Positions 26,075 to 31,994 of a stretch of 31,994 nucleotides of DNA are shown piece after piece. How positions within the stretch are numbered: position 1 is the stretch's first letter; every line of letters starts with the position of its first letter. The notes beneath the pieces are model-generated. The model worked only from the letters and a program-made list of their open reading frames with translations, did not search any database and was not told the DNA's origin. Origin of the DNA: a virus; IMG/VR virus record IMGVR_UViG_3300045988_060868, positions 1 to 31,994 of that record. One strand, written 5' to 3'. The position numbers were made by a program, and so were the translations under genes.

Positions 26075-26110
26075 TTGCTTTTTCTCCTCTCAACTCAACT
26101 ATAAATTGAA

Positions 26111-26668
26111 TTAACTCAACTTCTTCACAAGGTTCCCCGTTAACTGCTTCAACTTCTCGTTGTTCGGACTTATCCCAAGCACGGCATTATCTCGATTGTC
26201 TTTCTGTCGTTGTGCTGCCAATTGATACGCCCGTCTGAACTGTGCCCGCAGTGTATTCATACCCTCAATCGTAGTCATACAAATGTCTTGCCAACCGATA
26301 TTTTTAACAGCCACTGTTATAGCTTCGTGACTAAATTTCGGCTTCTTGTAATACCCAACGGACTGTATTGCTTTAACTACTTCGCCCCACGCTTCAGACT
26401 CATCAGGTGCCGCATTGCCGCTTATCGTGCCTTTAATGCCGTATGCCGTTTCGCGTATTTCGGCGATTGACGGTAAAAACCTGTTCGTCATAATCAGCTT
26501 TTTTACTGCCACTTTCAAAATTTGAGGCGGTATGTCCGATAACATCATGACGTAGAACTGTAACCTGTCTTTTTCTAATGCACCCTTAAAAGCCAATTGA
26601 AGCGGTGCTATTGCTTTCGTCGTGCTTACTTTGTCCATTCTGTCGCTCCTCTTCTTCGTATTCTGCAA
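26111..26668 (-). CDS. Helicase loader, SPP1 G39P-like (loader/inhibitor of replicative helicase)
   Basis: N-terminal domain LQFYVMMLSDIPPQILKVAVKKLIMTNRFLPSIAEIRE matches the G39P-family hallmark (...W...L.D.....V..A...H......FPPSIAEI). Follows the replisome organiser gene as in SPP1 (G38P-G39P). Confidence 0.55.
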   Translation of the reverse strand: MQNTKKRSDRMDKVSTTKAIAPLQLAFKGALEKDRLQFYVMMLSDIPPQILKVAVKKLIMTNRFLPSIAEIRETAYGIKGTISGNAAPDESEAWGEVVKAIQSVGYYKKPKFSHEAITVAVKNIGWQDICMTTIEGMNTLRAQFRRAYQLAAQRQKDNRDNAVLGISPNNEKLKQLTGNLVKKLS

Positions 26669-27392
26669 TTAATTCATTCACAACGTTTATTGCTTCTTGC
26701 CGTTCTTGCTCTGCTCTGCTTATAGGCGATCGCCTATTGTTCCGTACTTCGGGTTGATTCAAATACCCTTCAAACTTTGTGCCAAATAGCGTTTCAGGTC
26801 TCAAATATTGAGCCATGTCGGTTTCTTGCCATTCTTTGGCTTTCTTGGTGATGACGGCTTTAAAGTCTTCCAAGGTAAAGCCTTCTGCAAGCCGTGCGGC
26901 AATTAGCCTACGGGTCTTGTCTGTTGAAGCCTTGTACTTACTCCCAGTAGTTGAGTTAAGAAAGGATATAATGTTTTCCGTATCTCTATCTTTATCTTTA
27001 TCTCTGTCTTTATCTCTTTCTCTAACTCTATCTATATCTCTATCTCTGGTGGTCATTTGTCGGACATTTGTCGGACATTTGTCCGTAATACCCTTTCTAT
27101 TTGCTCTTTTACGGTCTCCGTCACTACTTCCGTTGCCAATAAAGTTTTGAATATCGAGCATGTATATAGCCCCGTTATCAAGTACTTCAATTAGCCCCAA
27201 GTCTTTAAAAATCGTCAGTGCTTGTTTAATTGTTCCGACTTGATGACCCGTAATTGTTGCGAGCATTTCAGCGTTATACGGGATTCGTTCATTGAGCATT
27301 AAGCAGCCGTCATTTTTTAGCGACCGCAAGTACAACTTGAGCAAGATATTGCCGTATAAGTACCCGTCTTTCATCGACTCCATTACCTTCAT
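26586..27392 (-). CDS. Replisome organiser / origin-binding protein (DnaD-like C-terminal domain) with an internal repeat block
   Basis: N-terminal phage replisome-organiser-like domain (YGNILLKLYLRSL...NAEMLATITGHQVGTIKQAL). RD-repeat linker (RDRDIDRVRERDKDRDKDKDRD). C-terminal DnaD/'conserved phage C-terminus' motif (NIISFLNSTTGSKYKASTDKTRRLIAARLAEGFTLEDFKAVITKKAKEW...YLRPETLFG.KFE.Y). Confidence 0.75.
   Translation of the reverse strand: MKVMESMKDGYLYGNILLKLYLRSLKNDGCLMLNERIPYNAEMLATITGHQVGTIKQALTIFKDLGLIEVLDNGAIYMLDIQNFIGNGSSDGDRKRANRKGITDKCPTNVRQMTTRDRDIDRVRERDKDRDKDKDRDTENIISFLNSTTGSKYKASTDKTRRLIAARLAEGFTLEDFKAVITKKAKEWQETDMAQYLRPETLFGTKFEGYLNQPEVRNNRRSPISRAEQERQEAINVVNELIAEYEEEERQNGQSKHDESNSTASIGF
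26981..27090. repeat. Putative origin of replication: ~11 tandem TATCTC/TTTATC hexamers followed by 2.5 copies of an 11-bp iteron CATTTGTCGGA, inside the replisome organiser gene
   Basis: tatctctatctttatctttatctctgtctttatctctttctctaactctatctatatctctatctct, then ggtggtCATTTGTCGGACATTTGTCGGACATTTGTCCGt. The 11-bp period is roughly one helical turn. Iterons inside the initiator gene are typical of SPP1- and lactococcal-phage-type origins. Confidence 0.6.
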
Positions 27393-27447
27393 TTCGTCAG
27401 AGTCAAAAAAGCTATCTTTTAGCCGTATGTAGTAGTATTTCTTATTG

Positions 27448-27753
27448 TCACTCAGTAGACTTACCCCCTTTTAATCTGTCGATATACGACTGAAAAAACT
27501 CCCTGTATTCCTTCGCCTTTACGCCGTGTGCTTTCGTGTTATGACACTCACGGCACAAGCAAACAAGGTTATCAAGGGTGCTTTTGCCACCTTGTGAGCG
27601 AAATACGATATGATGAACATCGCACCCGTAATGACCGCAGATTACGCAGCAGTTGCTGTCTCTCTCAATTGCTTGCCGCTTCGTCTTGCGGAATAGTTCC
27701 CTATCTTGCTTAGTGTTCTTGTTCATGTCGTCAATGCCCTTTCCACACTCCAA
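27448..27753 (-). CDS. HNH endonuclease
   Basis: CVICGHYGCDVHHIVFRSQGGKSTLDNLVCLCRECHNTKAHG shows the HNH motif with a CxxC...CxxC zinc site. Confidence 0.85.
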   Translation of the reverse strand: MECGKGIDDMNKNTKQDRELFRKTKRQAIERDSNCCVICGHYGCDVHHIVFRSQGGKSTLDNLVCLCRECHNTKAHGVKAKEYREFFQSYIDRLKGGKSTE

Positions 27754-28157
27754 CCTCGGCGAAGTCTGTAGAGCAAGGTGTTTGCCTTAATGCCTACAGA
27801 ATCAGCCCATTGCTGAAGGGTTGCCCGTTTGCCCTGGAACGTAATCATGTGATTGTTTCGTTTATTGTTCGCTTGAGTTTTCCAGTTAACCCAGCGGCAA
27901 TTGTCGGGGCAATAGTCGCCATTTGTGTCTTTGCGGTCGATTGTGAGCGTTTCGCCGTATCCGTTCGACATCGCCCAGGCGTAGAAATCCATAAAGCTAT
28001 TCCATTCGTCGCACACCCGTATGCCCCTTGCTCCGTATAACTTGTAATCAGGGTTGTTCTTGCGGTTGCAACGGGCTTTTATCCCACTCCATATGTTGTA
28101 CAACCGTGTATGTCGGTGTCCGTGTTCCTTATACGTTCCGTACTGATTTGTTATCAT
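27723..28157 (-). CDS. AP2-like / homing-endonuclease-type DNA-binding domain protein
   Basis: RLYNIWSGIKARCNRKNNPDYKLYGARGIRVCDEW and ITFQGKRATLQQWADSVGIKANTLLYRLRRGWSVERAL resemble DNA-binding modules common in phage HNH/homing-endonuclease-associated proteins. Assignment is from motif memory and is moderate. Confidence 0.45.
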   Translation of the reverse strand: MITNQYGTYKEHGHRHTRLYNIWSGIKARCNRKNNPDYKLYGARGIRVCDEWNSFMDFYAWAMSNGYGETLTIDRKDTNGDYCPDNCRWVNWKTQANNKRNNHMITFQGKRATLQQWADSVGIKANTLLYRLRRGWSVERALTT

Positions 28158-28695
28158 CGGTATGCCCCCAGTCGTTTATGAGTGATTGCATGTATTCAGG
28201 CGGTTCAAGGTGTATGCCTAATTGGCTGCACTCATCGGTCAGGCAGTCAATGAGCCTTGTCATCTCTGCGGTGTCGTAAGTGCTTGAACCGTGATAAGCG
28301 GCAAGGACCATATACCCTTTTGCCTTTCGTGCTTCGCCTAAATCCTCGGTAATCCACCCAATACCATGAGCCGCCCATATCGTCTTGAACCGCTCAACCG
28401 CTTCGGCTCGTACAGGTATCGGGGTGAAGTGTCCGCAGTCCTTAATTGCTTTGCGGTATACGTCTTCACGGCTTGAATATTGCCCGTCGCGGCTTAAATG
28501 CTCCGCGATTCTTTGGCACAAGACCCAACAAAACGCGTTAGCATTTAGGCTTCTTTTTTTGCATACTTTCTTTATCTCAACTGTATATTCTTGCGATTCG
28601 TCTATCTGTGATAATTCGTTGTCTTTCGGAGACGGAATAAATAGACCGACTCCGAAAGACTTAATTACCTGTATTCCCTTTGTTGTAAACTTCAT
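28129..28695 (-). CDS. NinB/Orf-like recombination mediator protein
   Basis: RSLNANAFCWVLCQRIAEHLS parallels lambda NinB RSLDQNRKLWACLGDVSRQV. Located between the SSAP and replication genes. Confidence 0.55.
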   Translation of the reverse strand: MKFTTKGIQVIKSFGVGLFIPSPKDNELSQIDESQEYTVEIKKVCKKRSLNANAFCWVLCQRIAEHLSRDGQYSSREDVYRKAIKDCGHFTPIPVRAEAVERFKTIWAAHGIGWITEDLGEARKAKGYMVLAAYHGSSTYDTAEMTRLIDCLTDECSQLGIHLEPPEYMQSLINDWGHTDDNKSVRNV

Positions 28696-29381
28696 GATTC
28701 AAGCCATTTCTTGAAGCCCTTGTAAACTTCGGCTAATTGCTCAACTGTCAACCCGTCCATGCTTTCAACCTTCATTGTGTCTTTAAGCCAGTCAGCAAAG
28801 GGCTGTTCCGCTTTATGCTTCTTGACTAGTTCGGCAATGGCTTCTATTCCCTTCTGTCGGCGGTCGTCTGTCGGTTGCGGGCGATCTGTTTTCGTTCCGT
28901 TCAGGCGGTACCGTTCCCTACCCTTATCGTCGCATATCGTGAGCCGCGTAAACTCTCGCTTCTCCCTGTCATACTTGATATCGGTTACATGGAAACGGTC
29001 GTACTTGCCGACTTTTCCAGATATCCAGATAAACGGAGAATCATAGAGTTCTCTGCCAATCCCCCAAGAGAATCCCGCACGCTTAAACGCGTCGGACGCT
29101 TCCCCCTTCTCGCCTTGAGTATTCGACGGCACGCCGCAATCTTGTTTATTTACCCATTGCCCTTTATCCGCGTCATAAATCGAAATGGTACAAAACAGAT
29201 TGCCGTTCACAACCTCGTGATGACGTTGCCAATTCATCGAGCCTACAACATCATCGAGTATTCTCATGTCAGCCCGTGCCGTCTTGTAGAGTAGTAAAAC
29301 CGCTCCTTTATCGTTCACCGATTGAATACGGCATTCTATATCTTCCTTCGTTAATAACGGTATTTCCTTCATTGTCATCAC
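28692..29381 (-). CDS. Single-strand annealing protein, Rad52/Sak-like
   Basis: EASDAFKRAGFSWGIGRELY matches the Rad52/Rad22-family core motif (E..SDA.KRA...FGIGR.LY). Adjacent to NinB, SSB and Gp157-like genes. Confidence 0.8.
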   Translation of the reverse strand: MMTMKEIPLLTKEDIECRIQSVNDKGAVLLLYKTARADMRILDDVVGSMNWQRHHEVVNGNLFCTISIYDADKGQWVNKQDCGVPSNTQGEKGEASDAFKRAGFSWGIGRELYDSPFIWISGKVGKYDRFHVTDIKYDREKREFTRLTICDDKGRERYRLNGTKTDRPQPTDDRRQKGIEAIAELVKKHKAEQPFADWLKDTMKVESMDGLTVEQLAEVYKGFKKWLES

Positions 29382-29383
29382 CT

Positions 29384-29872
29384 CTATTTAATGCTCATGT
29401 TCTGCCGTTCGACGAGTTCCGCACCTGTTACAGTTTCGCCGTTCTTTAGGGCTTTGCTTATCCCTGTCTTATCAACCTTCGGCGGTTGAGGGATTAAGAA
29501 TGTCGGCGGGATATTCTTCTCGTCTAAGACGTTGACGGCTGTTGACTTACGCCAACTAATTGCGAAGTCCGTGCCGGTCACCTTTTCGCCATTCAACACG
29601 CTTGCGAGGTAGCCGCTTAATTGTTCGGCTTTCTTCTTAGCCGCGTCCTTTCTCGCCTTAAACGCCTTTTCTTCCGCGTCCAGTGCGGTTACGTCGCTTT
29701 TTAAATTCTTAATCCACAACGCAATATTTCTAATCTTCTCGGAACGTTCAAGTTCCAAGGCTTCCAATGCAGCTACGTCGATAACCTCGCCTGTTTCCGT
29801 GTTTATCGTCGTACCGTCCTCTACCGTAATGCAGTTCAAAAGTTCTTGATTGATGTTGTATAAAGTAGCCAT
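29384..29872 (-). CDS. Siphovirus Gp157-like protein (recombination-module accessory)
   Basis: 162-aa protein with an acidic/coiled N-terminal half (AALEALELERSEKIRNIALWIKNLKSDVTALDAEEKAFKARK) directly upstream of the SSAP, as in Sfi21-type phages. Family call is from memory only. Confidence 0.45.
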   Translation of the reverse strand: MATLYNINQELLNCITVEDGTTINTETGEVIDVAALEALELERSEKIRNIALWIKNLKSDVTALDAEEKAFKARKDAAKKKAEQLSGYLASVLNGEKVTGTDFAISWRKSTAVNVLDEKNIPPTFLIPQPPKVDKTGISKALKNGETVTGAELVERQNMSIK

Positions 29873-30132
29873 TATTTCGTCTCCTTTTCTTCGTATTCTT
29901 CTTCAAGTTCTTCAATAATCTTTCCAAGTTCGCCAATAAGGTTAAATAAGTCTTCAAATGCGTATTCAGCGTTATTAAGGTGCTTACGGTATCTGAATGC
30001 TTCCGTTTCGTTCTTGTAAGCACCGTTTATAAGCGGTCTACCGCCTGAAGCGAAGCACAAAGCCTTTTCGGATATTGCATGTATAGCTTTATATAGCCGT
30101 TCTTCACGGTCTTTATATTCTTGGTCTGTCAT
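29872..30132 (-). CDS. Small conserved hypothetical protein, paralog B of the intragenomic pair (RBS-supported start; ORF-track ORF extends to 30186)
   Basis: Strong RBS (caaggagattataac ATG). Product MTDQEYKDREERLYKAIHAISEKALCFASGGRPLINGAYKNETEAFRYRKHLNNAEYAFEDLFNLIGELGKIIEELEEEYEEKETK is ~43% identical to the 24131-24394 product. Confidence 0.6.
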   Translation of the reverse strand: MTDQEYKDREERLYKAIHAISEKALCFASGGRPLINGAYKNETEAFRYRKHLNNAEYAFEDLFNLIGELGKIIEELEEEYEEKETK

Positions 30133-30196
30133 GTTATAATCTCCTTGAGTTCTTTTGTTGTGAGTCGTGTCGGTTGCCGCCGTCACGGCTCTTTTT

Positions 30197-30370
30197 TTAT
30201 ACGGTTGCTGCGAAGATGAGCATGCCGCCGATATACAGCCATAACGCCGCTGTTTCTTTCCATTCGCTCACCTCGCTTTTTTCTGTAAAACGGATCTCCT
30301 TTCCTTCCGTCAGCCCGTGGCGGCTGTTTACCCATGCGGGCGGTGCGGTAAGTGCTACTTGCTTTTTCAT
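30197..30370 (-). CDS. Small (57-aa) protein with a C-terminal TM helix, below the ORF-track cutoff
   Basis: Strong SD (tagagaggagtgtaaaag ATG). Product MKKQVALTAPPAWVNSRHGLTEGKEIRFTEKSEVSEWKETAALWLYIGGMLIFAATV. Co-directional with its neighbours. The plus-strand ORF 30174-30389 is its antisense. Confidence 0.45.
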   Translation of the reverse strand: MKKQVALTAPPAWVNSRHGLTEGKEIRFTEKSEVSEWKETAALWLYIGGMLIFAATV

Positions 30371-30385
30371 CTTTTACACTCCTCT

Positions 30386-30721
30386 CTAAATTTCGTTGCT
30401 AATTACAAGTAAGTCGCTTGTAATCTTCCTGATTTGACTTCTAAGCCATTCGTTTTCATCCCGTAGCTGTTCGCATTTAGCCCTGAGCCTTCGGCACTCT
30501 GTAGCCGAATATTCAGCCCTTAGAGTTGCGAACGCTTCGACCTCTTCCCGTGAGAACCTCAACCCCGGAACTTCCAAGGCGTGAAGTTTTCCTTCATTCC
30601 GCATGGCATATACTGCGTTAACGGAAATCTGGAAGAAGTCAGCGACTTCCTTCGCCGTCATTACGGCGTTTCCTGTTATGATTTTAATCTTCTCCTTTTG
30701 TTTCGTTTTAGGTAACTTCAT
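30386..30721 (-). CDS. Helix-turn-helix DNA-binding protein (excisionase/MerR-like HTH plus coiled coil)
   Basis: MTAKEVADFFQISVNAVYAMRNEGKLHALEV is an Xis/MerR-type HTH, followed by a leucine-zipper-like C-terminus. Second gene of the early leftward operon. Confidence 0.55.
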   Translation of the reverse strand: MKLPKTKQKEKIKIITGNAVMTAKEVADFFQISVNAVYAMRNEGKLHALEVPGLRFSREEVEAFATLRAEYSATECRRLRAKCEQLRDENEWLRSQIRKITSDLLVISNEI

Positions 30722-30956
30722 GGGTAAAAAAAATATCCCAAGGATTTTTAAGTCCCAGAATTATGGCAATTTTCTCAATTTGGTTGGTATTAAACCGCCC
30801 GTTCTTGAGTCTTGCCCGAAAAGCCCTATCACTAATACCGATAGCGTCCGCAACTTGTTTTTGCGTCATTCCTTTCGCTACAATTTCGCCCTTAAGCCTA
30901 TTTACGTTTATCACAATTGTCATCTCCTTTCCTATAAGGTAACTAAATTGTAACAT
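30708..30956 (-). CDS. cro: Cro-like XRE-family HTH regulator (probable start at MTIV, ~30923)
   Basis: INVNRLKGEIVAKGMTQKQVADAIGISDRAFRARLKNG is an XRE-type HTH. First gene transcribed divergently from the repressor. Confidence 0.7.
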   Translation of the reverse strand: MLQFSYLIGKEMTIVINVNRLKGEIVAKGMTQKQVADAIGISDRAFRARLKNGRFNTNQIEKIAIILGLKNPWDIFFTHEVT

Positions 30957-31080
30957 TTGTTTCCTTCTTTGTAAAGTAATTTAGGAAACTTTTTTATACA
31001 TTTATGTAATAATTGTTGTCTGATAGGTTTGTTGGTGGTGTATTATTGGCACAACAGTTATGCGTAAAGAGGTGAATAGA
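30957..31080. promoter_or_regulatory. Divergent promoter/operator (genetic switch) region between the cro-like and cI-like genes
   Basis: AT-rich. Candidate leftward promoter (-35 aGACAa, 17-nt spacer, -10 TATAAA on the minus strand) and rightward -10 TATTAT at ~31041. Short inverted repeats GTTTCC...GGAAAC (30959-30987) and TACAT-tt-ATGTA (30997-31008) are possible operators. Confidence 0.5.
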
Positions 31081-31500
31081 ATGACAGACACAAACCGTTG
31101 GGGTAAAGAAATAACAGACTTACAACAGGGACTTGCAAAGCGATTAAAGGACGCTCGCGAAGCGGCCGGGCTTACTCTTGAAGATGTTGGGAAAATAATC
31201 GGCGTAAGTAAGGTAACCGTATTAAGGTATGAACGGGCAGATATTGCCGTGCCTAGCGATAGGCTTGAACGCCTAGCCACATTATACCGTGTTTCACCCG
31301 CCTATCTTATGGGGTGGGATAATCCCGACAGCGGCTATTATATCGACGCTCAAGCAGCTGAATATGCGGAAGAATTGCGGACAAACAAAGATTTGCGAGT
31401 GTTGTTTAGTGCAAGCCGCGACCTTTCAAAAGAACAAATGAAAGAAACGTATGACTATATAAAATATCTAAAATCGAAGGAAACGCATAATGACGATTAA
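31060..31500 (+). CDS. cI: CI-like repressor, XRE-family HTH, no S24 peptidase domain (probable ATG at 31081)
   Basis: LAKRLKDAREAAGLTLEDVGKIIGVSKVTVLRYERADIAVPSDRLERLATLY is an XRE HTH. RBS aagaggtgaatagaATG. Transcribed divergently from cro and followed by the ImmA-like gene. Confidence 0.75.
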   Translation: MRKEVNRMTDTNRWGKEITDLQQGLAKRLKDAREAAGLTLEDVGKIIGVSKVTVLRYERADIAVPSDRLERLATLYRVSPAYLMGWDNPDSGYYIDAQAAEYAEELRTNKDLRVLFSASRDLSKEQMKETYDYIKYLKSKETHNDD

Positions 31501-31750
31501 TATAATTTTCGCACCTGTACCGAACACCAAAGCAGCAGTAACAGAAAATGAGGACGGCAGCTATTCTATTGTTGTGAGTAAGTCGCTAAGTCGCGAACAG
31601 GCACAGAAAGAAATCATTCATGAGTTGGGTCATATTGTTTCCGATGATTTCAGCAAGGATGTACAGGCGAATTTAATAGAAGAAATGATAAGACGCAGCG
31701 GCATTATCCCTGATATAAATGGTATAGAGTTTTTCTGTCAAGTGGTGTGA
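31490..31750 (+). CDS. ImmA/IrrE-family HExxH metallopeptidase (putative repressor-cleaving anti-repressor)
   Basis: EIIHELGHIVSDDF carries the HExxH motif in a small 86-aa protein immediately downstream of, and overlapping, the repressor. This is the ImmR/ImmA-type arrangement (established for ICEBs1 and many Firmicutes prophages). Confidence 0.7.
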   Translation: MTINIIFAPVPNTKAAVTENEDGSYSIVVSKSLSREQAQKEIIHELGHIVSDDFSKDVQANLIEEMIRRSGIIPDINGIEFFCQVV

Positions 31751-31759
31751 GGTGATTGT

Positions 31760-31981
31760 ATGTTAAAAGAATTTAAAGATTTTTATAGCGGGTCTATTTT
31801 ACCGTTATATTTGGCGGCATTTATCATTGGTTTTTTGGTTTCTGCACTCGTCAAAGACGGCGGGAAAACTGGTTTTTTCATTGCAGGCGTCGGGCTTTGG
31901 GTCGGATATATTCCGATTAAGCTGATAACCAATCACGAGTTAAAGAAGTTTACGGAACGGATTGAGGACAATGCAAAGTAA
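31760..31981 (+). CDS. Small two-TM membrane protein between ImmA and the integrase (candidate superinfection-exclusion protein)
   Basis: ILPLYLAAFIIGFLVSALV and FFIAGVGLWVGYIPI are two TM helices. RBS gaggtgattgtATG. In the lysogeny operon, with its stop 11 bp inside the int start. Confidence 0.55.
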   Translation: MLKEFKDFYSGSILPLYLAAFIIGFLVSALVKDGGKTGFFIAGVGLWVGYIPIKLITNHELKKFTERIEDNAK

Positions 31982-31994
31982 TATAACGACGCGT

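Noticed and set aside
26981-27050. Tandem short repeats as a CRISPR array
   Set aside because: Units are 6 nt with no spacers, lie inside a coding sequence (the RD-repeat linker of the replisome organiser), and there are no cas genes.
26815-27150. Plus-strand ORF with an LSLSLSLS repeat
   Set aside because: It is antisense to the RDRDRD-encoding hexamer repeat tract of the replisome organiser gene.
27448-28157. HNH and AP2-like pair as a defence or restriction system
   Set aside because: Both are small stand-alone phage-type homing/DNA-binding proteins with no methyltransferase, ATPase or toxin partner. Such genes are common in phage early regions.
30174-30389. Plus-strand 71-aa ORF
   Set aside because: The opposite (minus) strand carries a 57-aa ORF with a strong GAGGAG RBS that is co-directional with the whole early operon. 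The plus-strand frame lacks an RBS.
31971-31994. Second integrase gene at the window end
   Set aside because: It is only the first 24 nt of the same int gene, duplicated by the 55-bp circularisation overlap.

Overview
This window is a complete, circularly permuted genome of a temperate tailed phage. Bases 1-55 are repeated exactly at 31940-31994, so the unique length is 31,939 bp and the duplication looks like a circularisation overlap rather than biology.

A plus-strand lysogeny block wraps the window ends. It holds a CI-like XRE repressor, an ImmA/IrrE-type HExxH metallopeptidase, a 73-aa membrane protein and a tyrosine integrase. Next come an attP-like AT-rich region with direct repeats and a bidirectional terminator.

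Everything else is on the minus strand as one long lytic programme, transcribed from high to low coordinates:
- Cro-like HTH and an Xis/MerR-like HTH.
- A recombination module: Gp157-like protein, Rad52/Sak-like annealing protein, NinB-like protein and SSB.
- HNH and AP2-like genes.
- A replication module: a DnaD-like replisome organiser with an internal iteron/ori repeat block, and a G39P-like helicase loader.
- Small DUF3310, DUF1064, Zn-ribbon and membrane proteins.
- An ArpU-like late activator, a terminator, then small and large terminase, a P22-like portal, scaffold and major capsid.
- A tail/ejection block with no tape measure or tube genes. Gene sizes and order look P22-like and podovirus-like.
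- Two N/Q/G-rich virion proteins, one ending in a Hint/intein-like autoprocessing domain.
- A 1,842-aa multidomain (polyvalent-like) protein with a tail-lysozyme domain and an HExxH zincin motif.
- A lysis cassette: TcdE-like holin, GH25 muramidase and an N-terminally anchored membrane protein.

Protein families point to a Firmicutes (probably Clostridia) host. This is inference only.

The most unusual items are the Hint-domain virion protein, the giant lysozyme-plus-metallopeptidase ejection-like protein, and a pair of intragenomic paralogous small proteins. Also unusual are 10-bp phased repeats next to the late-gene junction, three 25-nt repeats in front of the scaffold gene, and the ImmR/ImmA-style switch followed by a candidate superinfection-exclusion membrane protein.

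I did not recognise a classical defence system such as CRISPR, restriction-modification or a toxin-antitoxin pair.
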